This document shows positions 40,626 through 52,600 of a stretch of DNA of 64,000 bases, piece by piece. Position numbers and translations under genes: made by a program. The notes below the pieces were generated by a model. That model worked only from the letters and a program-made list of their open reading frames with translations. It was not told the origin of the DNA and ran no database searches. The stretch is taken from assembly GCA_950097015.1 (NCBI GenBank), contig CATNEN010000039.1, forward strand, positions 17,918,001 through 17,982,000. The letters are read 5' to 3'. Every line of letters starts with the position of its first letter. Position 1 is the stretch's first letter. This stretch comes from Macrostomum hystrix (taxonomy: Eukaryota; Animalia; Platyhelminthes).

Positions 40626-43600
40626 ATGTCAGATTTTTGTCTTGTCTGTCAAAAGATAGTCAGCACGCGACAGCAGGCCTTGCTGTGCGATTCGTGTGAT
40701 CAATGGCAGCATCGAATCTGTGGCATTAATATGACCCAGACTGAGTATCGCGAAATATTGAGCAAAAATGTTTCCTTCAACTGGATGTGCTCACGATGTG
40801 AGGAAAAAAACGTAAGTAGCTCATTGACTTTTATGGCACATGTAAATATAGAATTCATGTGCACGTCATGTTCAAGCTACCATAACCACTTATTATAATT
40901 ATAATTATAATAGCGAGATTATTTGCTGTACATACCCTAGGCGCCAATAATGCAAAATAATGCATTTAGCAATGCATGAATAATGCATTGTAATGTATTA
41001 ATAATACATTATAATCTATTAATAATACATTATAATCCATTAATAATACATTATAATCTATTAATAATACATTATAATCTATTAATAATACATTATAATC
41101 TATTAATAATACATTATAATCTATTAATAATACATTATAATCTATTAATAATACATTATAATCTATTAATAATACATTATAATCTATTAATAATACATTA
41201 TAATCTATTAATAATACATTATAATCTATTAATAATACATTATAATCTATTAATAATACATTATAATCTATTAATAATACATTATAATCTATTAATAATA
41301 CATTATAATCTATTAATAATACATTATAATCTATTAATAATACATTATAATCTATTAATAATACATTATAATCTATTAATAATACATTATAATCTAGTAA
41401 TAATACATTATAATCTATTAATAATACATTATAATCTATTAATAATACATTATAATCTATTAATAATACATTATAATCTATTAATAATACATTATAATCT
41501 ATTAATAATGCATTATAATATATTGTAGTGCATTATAATCTAGCAATAATGCATTATAATCTATAAATAATCCATTATAATCAATGCATTATAATTTTTA
41601 TCGAAAGGCGGAATTGTTTAGGCCACTTACTTACAAGAAGCTTGACTTCAATTTCAAGGGTCTAGTGTCAAGTGCATGCCTAAATACATATGCAAGCTTC
41701 TAACCGTCTTTGCTAATAATTGTACTTAGCTTGTCAGTTACGTAAATCCCATGTCAGAGCATTACACTAGATATTAAAATTCAGATATTTATGCCTAGAC
41801 ATGCACTTCTAAATAATATAAAACATATGAAAAAGAACCGGATCATTCTACTTCCATCTATACATGTTTAGTTCAGCAGACTATGATGCTGGAGGACACA
41901 AAATCAGTGATTAACAGTGATATGTTTGTTGGCACTTATTCATGTATAATTGTATATAATATAATATTATTGTGATTATATAAATACATTAATGTGATTA
42001 TCATTGAAGAGAAAATTAAAAAAAGTTCAATCAAAATGAATATTACACATAAAAGCAACTAGCGCTTGCATGGGAAAACCTGATTACTTCAGTAATCATT
42101 GCTGCCAAGAGTCACATTTGCATAAAGTGAAAATGCAGTCACTGATGCTAAATTGCAAGTGTAAGCAGCTTAGACAAAGTTAGTTTACAACGATTGTACA
42201 TCGCATGGTTTCAATATATAGAAATTTGAGGAAATTATGAGAATTTATAGAACATGTAGCACAAAATTTCCTTTACTTAAGTAAACAGGCAATTTAAAAC
42301 ATTTTTTTCTATGATTCAGCTGCTAAAGCAACAAAGGACCAACGGAAAAATTAACTTAAAATAACTATACACGCAAAAAGTAAATGCAGCCTGATTGCAC
42401 GAAGCAGTTAAGAATGAACGTATACGCTTGCAGAATATTTCAGGAATATTTCAGCCCTGAAACAAAATGCATAAAAAGGACAACGAAAGTAGCACATGAG
42501 CGCATGGAAGGATTTTGAGTATCAACACATTTTTTTCTCTGAATATACAGAAAAATGCACGTGAAAACAGAGCACCTAAATAAATTGCATGATTAGCAAT
42601 ATATAAAAATAGCCTGATATTAGAGTACGAGATGATCGCAGAACAGACACATGGACTTCAATTGATAATTGAGATATTTGAGAAATTGAGTATTGTGAGC
42701 GAATGCAGAAAAATAGGACCGGAGAAATAAAGAAACAGTCTTCAATGCACCACCTAGTCATGCTCGCTCTCTTCCAACATAGGTACCAGAGAAAAAAAAC
42801 TACCTACACCACGCAGATGATTGAGATCAATCTTTATGCAGCGCGACTGAATCATTGAAGACGGAAACCATTCAATCCCATCATTGCGGGCATTTCTGTT
42901 GAACATTTCGTAGCGCAGCGACGGCTTGGAACGAGCTGCTGCTAGAACTGGCCGAGTAAACAGCGGGAAGAGGACACTTTGAAGCGTTCCCACTGAGTCT
43001 AGTATTGATCCTAGAAAACTCTGGCCACCTGGACAGACTTCCCTGATCAGAGAAAAGCGACCATCCTTCAGGTAGACGAACGAGGAGCATGTCTTGAAGT
43101 TGGTCTCGTGCCCATGTGCGAAGACTGCTTGTCCATTTACCACTATGCAGTCCCTTGGTAGCGATGTATCAGCGATTGCAGATGTAAATGCCTCGTAAGC
43201 GGTGAATTCAGAGTGTTGAAAGGAATTAACCAATGAACTGTACCAAAAAAAACGCTCGGCAATCTGCTCGGCTTGATAGCGAGTACCAGAAAACATGTGC
43301 TTGAAATGCAGCATCGCACCTTCGAATGGAAACATTGAGTAAGAAGATATTGGTCCAAACTCGCGGCACTGATTCCCCATGTGCTCCAACAGATGGAAGT
43401 TCAATCGATGTACCTCCTCTGAAAAGACTTCAGCTGCACTCTCCATGAAAGCAGTGGTGAGCAACTGAACCTGCTCAAATCCGGCATTGCTGTACATGAA
43501 ATGGTAGACTGCGATTAGGCAGAAAATGAGCTCCCGGTGTAAACCATTCTGTTGAGCCAGCAGCAAAGGAATCCACAAGTACAGGGAAAACAACTTAAAA

Positions 43601-46600
43601 TCCTTCGCCTTCCAGAGACTCAATCTTGCCAGGGTAGGCGGCCGATGAATTCCATGTGGAAACTTTAGATTTTCAAGCAATGAATCAACAACTTCGCGAA
43701 CAGAACGACCGATGAAAAACTCCTCGTGGCGGTTCTTGCCGTCAGTTGACATTGTTAGCAGAAGCTTGACCTGGCCCTCGAAAAATGCATGCATTCCGTC
43801 AATTATGAAGTTTGCTGGGAAACTGATACGCTTACACAGCGGTGACACTCCAGTTACGCCAAAAATGCTCTTTAGGCCCGACTGTTCAAGGAAGCGCACA
43901 CATTCGAGATGAAATGCAGTTGTTCGGAGCGGACACTGGGAATTTGGGGCAAACACCCAGAGCCCAGTTCGCAGACTTTTGCCAGGGTTGAGGCACTTAG
44001 GACAGGAGAATTCTCCATTGAACTGCTTTATGCAGAACAGTGAGGCGAGAGCTGGGAGATCACTTACAATGAAAGAGAAATGCAGGTGCACTGAAAATCT
44101 GCCATATTCAACCAGTGTAGGCAGCTTGTTGAGAATTGCAGGCAGACATTGGCGAAAGTTGGGCTTCTGTTTAGCGGAAACCAGTGCAAGCAAAATGATG
44201 TTTCGAAACAATTTCCTCTTGCCAGGAGGAAGATTCAGAAGGATTGCTGTCAGAGGCCATATCTGCACGTCAGAATTTTCCCAAAATGAAGCTCCATCTG
44301 CATTAAGCAAAAAATACATGTGTAGGTTAGTACCAGAGCTTCGCTCGAGGTTTTCTGCTACATCGGAGTTAAGGACATCAGTGTACATGCCACTGCTCAT
44401 CTCGCGCTCGTACTCCAAAAGCACCTCCAACTGTGAGTCCAAGATGTTCTCGATCTGGCCTTGCACATTCGTAATCACGACGGTAGTGGCCAAGTCTTCA
44501 TGTTCACGGCAGCCAGCCTTTTCACAAACCAGACACAGACGAGCAGAGGTAAATGAATGACAGAAGAAATTTTTCACTCGCGTTTTCATTTGCTTTGCAG
44601 ACTTTGGCAAATTTCTATCCGGAATGTGGCTTAGGAGGAGGAGTAGTCGATTCATAGCAGCATCGCTACAGTTCTCGTTAAGCTGCCACAGCCGCAAAAG
44701 AGAAGCAACGGTGCACTCGTCTTCAAGTGAATGCTGCAGAATGAGATGCCTCTCTTGAAAAACAGAGAGTGGCAGGAGTGGCTCTGCTGCTCCTTGGGCT
44801 GACACCGTTGAATGCAATCGTTGAGATGTCATTGGCACTGAGGCACCAGCAGACGCATGGTCAGATGACGACGACGATGACGACAGGGCCGATCCTGTCG
44901 CCGATGACACAGAGGCACTGGCCGATCCTGTCGCCGATGACACAGAGGCCCTGGCCGATCCTGTCGCCGATGACACAGAGGCACTGGCCGATCCTGTCGC
45001 CGATGACACAGAGGCACTGGCCGATCCTGTCGCCGATGACACAGAGGCACTAGCCGATCCTGTCGCCGATGACACAGAGGCACTAGCCGATCCTGTCGCC
45101 GATGACACAGAGGCACTAGCCGATCCTGTCGCCGATGACACAGAGGCACTAGCCGATCCTGTTGCCGATGACACAGAGGCACTGGCCGATCCTGTCGCCG
45201 ATGACACAGAGGCACTGGCCGATCCTGTCGCCGATGTCTTCTGGATGTGCTGCATGGTGGCTGCTGCAGAGTAAGAAAAGTAGCATTTGTACATACATTT
45301 ACTATTCATTTAACACCCATCACTACTTTCAGTCAACACTTGCTCTCAATATACAATGCAGGCGATTTAGAATACATGTCATTGCCATCTTTTATACAGT
45401 GCTATCGCAGTAGCTATATACAATGGCCGACACTTATGTGAACTGAAGACTGAAGAAAAATTCTTTTCCTTACTATAAACTCTATATACTTAAGTAAAGG
45501 ATTTAAATCAGACATTTATGTGCAAAGGCCCAAAATAGTTTGCATCAGTTATCTTATCCATGCTGACTCTGCAGTTATGATCATGTGCATCCCTTGATAT
45601 TTCTCATATCTAACCAGAGAAGTATAGATGAGCAGCCCTATTAGTAACTGCCATTGTTATGTTGACACTAGAAAAAAACAATTCATTTATTATACCTTAG
45701 ACAAAACTTAACGCCACTAAATATTATCTTAAGCAACACACAGAAGTACATTAAACAAGCAGAAAGTAATAACTCGAAGACAAAATTCCAAAAGTCAATG
45801 ATTGCCATTTTTTTATTTCCACAAAAAATATCAACCCACACAATGCTTAGGCTCAACATTAACATATAATTAATACACTGCCTTCCATAAAAATAAAAAA
45901 ATTAAACAATGCACTTCCCACCGTTGTAAATCAACCCAATATAATCCAGGGACCTTAGGTTTTAGGGCTCTTTGCAGCATGATTCTGCTCCGCATAAGTC
46001 TGATTCAGACTCTTCCGTGCCATGGTCCACATCGCTTCTCCGGAATCGGCGCTGCTAGGTTGAAAAGCCAGTTGTAGAACCTCTACAATTTGGGAAGCAA
46101 AATTATACTAAATTTATCTGTTATACTCTTTAGAGAAGAGAAAATAGGAGAGATGCATGGGGTGCATGACACATGGCAAAGAAAAACAGCATTGATAAAT
46201 GTTGCATCCCTGACCATCAAGGTGAGCAAGTGACCAAGCATCCCTACTCCAGTCAACCAAGCTGTAAGTTGATATCCACTTTAAGGAAGATAAAGTAAAC
46301 TTCATGGCCCACTGACTACAGAGCAGTGGAGTGCATAGTTACTCTACCAAGTGATTGCATTGACAGCACAATTTTGCTATTCACCTGAAAATATATTTCT
46401 TGGCATACTTGAATTGGAAATAATTGGATTGTATTCCTTACTGCTAGTCTTAGTGGTTTACAATGTCATGTATGTCTTTAAATTTATGTTCCATATTAAG
46501 TTGCTAATAAAACTGTAGTTTAATATTCAGAAATTTTATTCTGTTCCTCAAACCAACATTACCAAAAAGTACAGAATTAGCATATGGATATTACTGGTCA

Positions 46601-49600
46601 TGCCACACTTCCACCCTTATTCCAAGGCTTATTACTTTACATACCTGATACAATACATTTATGCTGTCTAACAAGAAATTACTACACAGTCAAGCAAAAT
46701 GTAATATCTTTCACAATAGATAACAGGCATTAGTGCTATATTTCATAAAACAATCAGCAATTAAGCAACCAAAGGTTAACTCACTCTTTAGTTCATCCAC
46801 TACCTCTTGTGAGGCAGCTATCCGGGTGGTCTTCTTTCCTGGTTCAACAACATGTGTCATCAAATAGGCCAGACCATACCGCTTGAGAGCAAACTGGCGG
46901 ATGAATGTAGATGGATTGGTTCTCTTCAGAGACCCCAGGCCAAACTTGACACCATCAACATCAGTGAACTCCTGGAATGTGTGCAGAAAAATATAATGCT
47001 CCGCATGCTTCTATGCCACTTAAAATGAAGACTACCAAATATAATAATCCATTAATTTGCACATAATAACACACCTATATCCAAAAGAGAATTTCTAACT
47101 GGTAGCTATAAGCTAAGGACTATGTTGCAAAAGTTTGAAATAACAATGAAATAACATATACAACCCACCTGACCTGCTGGAAAAAATTCTGTAAAGCAAA
47201 AAATGCTTCTGCTGCAAGTACTCTGCATGAAGTATGGGGTGCACCCAAGGGCTATGCATATATAGCTATACAGTCAGTAACCTGACTGTGGAGGAGGCAG
47301 TTGCAAGTCAAGCCACATGTAAATTGTAATTTATCCTAGCTTAAAACTGGTACCATATCATTGTTTGCTTGACTGGGGCTAGAGAACAGCTGGTTTAAGC
47401 TATCAAAGGTTGCCTTGAGAGTCAGAAGCAAATTTAGCCTACAGTAAGTATAACAGCCAATATTGCTTAAATTTGTAGTGATGGTGGATGCAGCTAACCT
47501 ACTGGACTAGCTGTAGCTACCTTGTCCCATATGGAAAAATGTAGAAGCGTTATTTAAATAAGAAAATGAATATATTTGTTGTGAATTTTATGCACATAGA
47601 TATTTAAGAACTAAATAGCATCATACCTCATTGCTAGGTTCAGCACGCCGGAAAGTCGATTCCTTTGCATTCCTCTTGAGCTTCCTGAACTCACTATGCA
47701 TATAGGCTTCTATCTTCACTGAAAATGAAAAAAAGTGGAAAAAACCTTGCATAACCACATCATGGCTATAAAGTTACATAGATAAAGGACATATGTACTC
47801 CACAATCTACATTAAGTAAAGCTCGAAATATTGCAAGTCAAACAAGTGAGCCATGTGTGCTAATCTGAGGACAGAAGCCTAGAAAATGTGCCTCTCCCAT
47901 GCTATAGTTATTGTGAAAACTGCACACAGTCAAAGCAATCTGCCAACCTGTCCAAGTCAAGTTTTTACACAGAGTAAAATTATTTTGAAATTATTAAGCC
48001 ACTAAAATTATTTACCCAGTTTGGCATAGATTTGGACATTAGAAATCTCTTCCCCATCGAGTGCATCAGTACCAATAGCAGCAGCTTCAGCAGCAGAATG
48101 ACCAGGTGTGGCAGTCATGAACCTATTCATCACTGCAAACTCTTGCTCAATCCGAATTCCAGCACGGTCACCAGCTACATGGTTCTCAATACCAGTGAGG
48201 GCACCAGAACTTCTAGGACAAGCAGTAGCATCACCATGACAATTGGTGGCCTCATGGCGTGGGCGCTTTTGCAATGAAGCTCTGGCATCATTGGCATCAG
48301 CATGCTCAGAGTCATCAGAGGAATCACTGGAAGATATTGGTGAATGCTGGCCTAAAATAGTAAGTATATGAATTGCCTGTCAACTATTGTAATAAGATGA
48401 TACACAGTGTTCCAAAATGTATTTATATAGCAGCACTGACATACCCCTGACAAACTCTTGCAGAATGGCATCTGTTAAATTGCCTGCAGTTTTATGCTCA
48501 GAAATAAATGCTGCCATCTTCTTCTCCAGCATGTTGACAGATGCTTGTGTGCCAGCATGAAGCAGGCAACCTTGCCAGATTCCTTCTTGACCAAAATCTA
48601 GTGGGTAGAAGCCACCCTAAACAGGAATGTAAAGAAAAAAATTAAATAAGAGATGAATGCAATCTACAAGTCAAAGAAAAGAATTCATAGCTTTTCTGAA
48701 CAAGTCAAACAAATATGATTAGGGGTTTAATAGACAATAAACATTCTAAAAGAAGAACATAGAAAAAGGAAAGATACATATGTTTATCTTAGTGTTTTGC
48801 TGCTACAAATCCTTTGGACCATAACCATAACGATAATAGTATCCATAATCAACTTTGCTATAATGAGTTTCCATAACTGTAATTGACATAAAATACAATT
48901 TTCTGCAACTTCGCATAGCCAAAACCATAACCATATTTTGCTTCCTTTAGCTATATATTATTTCAACAAGGAAAAGATAAACTAAGAGATGAAAAGATAA
49001 ACTAAGAGATGAAAATCCTACACTTCTTAGATTCTATAAGACAATGGATATACTCTTCTAAATTAGTCATATTACACTTAAGAGTACAATTACAACATAG
49101 AAGAATATAACCATTTTAATCTATTTAAACTTATATTTAACTAACTTAAAGACCTTAACTAACTATATTTAACTATGATTTGAAAATCATGTCATAACCA
49201 TAACCACAATCAATTTATTTTTCAATAATGATGTTCCTATAACCATCATTACTCTTTTTACTTTTTAGGATGTTCTTATTATAATCTATAACAGTAGCCA
49301 TAACTATACTATAGCAAAATACTAGTTTATCTATAAAAGACACTATCTATCAAAACCTATATGCACTGCAATAGGGTTAGTTGGTATCACTTTAAAAGGC
49401 AGTCTTTTTCATTTGAATATATAAATACTCTTAGTTCTAACTCTTTTTGGTTTATCATATTTATGCTTACTCAAGTATTTATTATCACTTTCTTATTTCT
49501 AAAGTAAAAGCTCACTTACAAGACCTTACCATAATTAATATAAAATAATTTTAATGTTCTTTTTTTATATAAAGTCTAAATGCAAAGGTTATTTTTGGTT

Positions 49601-52600
49601 TGTAAAAATAGTTACAAGTTGCATATATTCTATAGGGACCCTAGATATTGACCCTATATTTCTATAGGATATAATGGTAAAGACAATTTCTCTAGGGAAT
49701 TAGCATTTAGGGTATCATATCTTGTATACCTAAATCTTAACCTATAATAAAGCTATGCTCTTGCCTTCCTAACTCTAATAACAATTATTATTATTATCTA
49801 TGACAAAAGTACAAGTATAATTAATATATCCCCAATTTGAATACCTAAACTTTACATTTGCCCTAAACTACCTAATAACCTAACTATCTTCCATATTATA
49901 TACCTAAACCAAAATCCTTGTCTTATATATGTAATAGCCTAACTTGCCGAACTTAACAGTAATCCTAAATTAAATAATTTAAATTTTATAATATTTTTTT
50001 TAGTCATAACATAAGCAATAATTACTAAAAATCCAAGTCAACAAAAACAATATCATATAGGGAAATACAACATATGACATACATATAAAGATTCATGGCC
50101 CCCACTAATACATGATCTTTGAAAGATGCCCCAATTTAAAAATTATAGGCCTTACATAGGCCTAGTAAAGTATGGCCAAGGTGCACAATTGACTTACCAC
50201 TTTCCAGTTCCTATTGTCTGGAAAAGAAGAATTAAACTCTTTCATTATTGGGCTTGACCTACTGGCAGTCACATATTGCCCACTTTCCTTAACATAAAAA
50301 AAAAACTTAATTGAAAGAGATTTTGGGTCCTGTTGTGCCAACCGATCCACAGCTTTCGACCTTCTTTTGGAGCGACGCGAAATAGAACCAGTTGCATTAT
50401 TCGACATGTCTATATATAAATTACAAGTAAAGAGCAGGCCGTATAATATATAATAGAATAATAGAACTAGCAAAATGATATGAACTGATATGAATGATAT
50501 GAACTGATATGAATGATATGAAATGATATAAACTAGCAAACTATGATATGAATAAATATGTCCAGCGCAAGAGTAAGAATATTTCAATATGTGCCAAAAA
50601 TGGTAACTTTAACAAAATATTTGTGTACATAGAAGATATGACTCAAAAATTCCAGAACTAATTTGTGTCTGTCTCTTGTTTTAGTATACTGTCGGATAGC
50701 TTAGCAAAAGTACTATTTGCGCGCCACTCTATAACAGCTAGTTATTGTCATTTCAATACTCGCTATTTGCTATCTGCATGGCTATAGTTCACGTGCACCC
50801 ATGTCACCCCACTGTGCTTACTTTCTCTCACTGATGCAAGGCGCTGTAGCACCCACCCCTAATCTCCTAACAATGCTGAGTCAGCCATTGAGTCGTACTA
50901 GTACAATAAATATGACTGCGCGGACGCTAATGAATGCGTGCTTGTTTTCTACTCCAACTTACTCGTCTCAGAACTCATAATTTCACATATACCTATAATT
51001 TTGTGTATCGATATAGTGACTTTTTTTCTGCTCGTGTGTGATGCGTAATAGAGCGCAATGCATAAAAGTCATACTTTTCATACATTGTAGAATTCTCAAA
51101 TAAGTCAGATAAGTCAGATAATAATCGAACATATCTTCGGTCAATTTACCAAAAATATATTTCTTTCTATATAAAATTGTAGTGCGAATTACATATATTG
51201 CAGTTTAAAGGCAAACACATATGCATGCCCACGACACCCGTCACACTTAAAATGCATCCCTATAGTTGACAATCTTACATTCAGCCTTGTAAGATCTGAC
51301 TTATCCTATAAAATCTTGTCCGAACTGCTAAGATCTATTAGGAATATGTAGGAAAATAAATTCTTGATTTATAAATAATGCATTGTTTTGAATAGTGAAA
51401 CTTTGCGCGCTTCCAATGCAAAATAATGCATTCTTAATGCAATTATAATGCATTGTTTTAAACTGCAATTTTAGGATAAAATAATGCATTCTTAATATAT
51501 TTGCAATGCATTGTTTTGCAGTACATTTCACAAGGCAAAATAATGCATTCTTGATACATTTATAATGCATTGTTCTGCAGTGCATTTCGGAAGGCAAAAT
51601 AATGCATTCTTGATACATTTATAATGCATTGTTTTGAAGTGCATTTTTAGGATAAAATAATGCATTCTCAATATATTTGCAATGCATTGTTCTGCAGTGC
51701 ATTTCAGAAGGCAAAATAATGCATTCTTGATACATTTATAATGCATTGTTTTGAAGTGCATTTTCAGGATAAAATAATGCATTCTCAATATATTTGCAAT
51801 GCATTGTTCTGCAGTGCATTTCAGAAGGCAAAATAATGCATTCTTGATACATTTATAATGCATTGTTTTGAAGTGCATTTTCAGGATAAAATAATGCATT
51901 CTCAATATATTGACAATGCATTACTTAAAAGTGCAGTTTTAAGGCGAAATAATGCATCTTCAATACATTTATAATACATTGGTTTGCATTATTTTGCCAA
52001 TGCACAAAAATGCATTTGTAATGCATTTCCAATGCAATATAATGCATCTTGCATTGTAAATGCATTATTTGAAATTATTGGCGCCTAGGGTATTTATATC
52101 TATAATGTTTTCTACATAAACTTGAAGTTGCAGTACACGAACCAGATTAGAAAATAAAGATTTTCAGAAAAGCAAATCCCAACTTACTGTGCAGCTAGAG
52201 ACAGCTTAATATACAGAAAATTAAAGCTTGTGCCTTGCATCGATAAGACTGCTAATAAAATCACGATCTGACAAAAAACTTGAACAGGCGGCCGCCAAGC
52301 TGTCTGCTGTCGAGTCTGGTGGTGCTGCTGCTGCTGATACTGCCGCCGAGCTGTCTGCTGTCGAGTCTGGTGGTGCTGCTGCTGCTGATACTGCCGCCGA
52401 GCTGTCTGCTGCCGAGTCTGGTGGTGCTGCTGCTGCTGATACTGCCGCCGAGCTGTCTGCTGCCGAGTCTGGTGGTGCTGCTGCTGCTGATACTGCCGCC
52501 GAGCTGTCTGCTGCCGAGTCTGGTGGTGCTGCTGCTGCTGATGCTGCCGCCGAGCTGTCTGCTGCTGCTGCTGCCGCTGCTGCTACGGCTACTGATGCCG

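Larger units (their letters stand above)
40935..52090 (-). mobile_element. EnSpm/CACTA (CMC superfamily) DNA transposon, 11.2 kb, nested in MULE intron 1
   Basis: TIR ccctaggcgccaataat...aaataatgcattt at both ends; TA flanks (40933-34, 52091-92); aatgcatt-rich subterminal repeats; intact transposase. Confidence 0.92.

Noticed and set aside
40554-40898. Standalone host PHD-finger gene
   Set aside because: It lies inside the MULE TIRs and has a strong donor in phase with the transposase.
40983-41528. (LLIIHYN)n ORF, and the repeat ORFs at 51328-51905
   Set aside because: Subterminal repeats of the EnSpm element.
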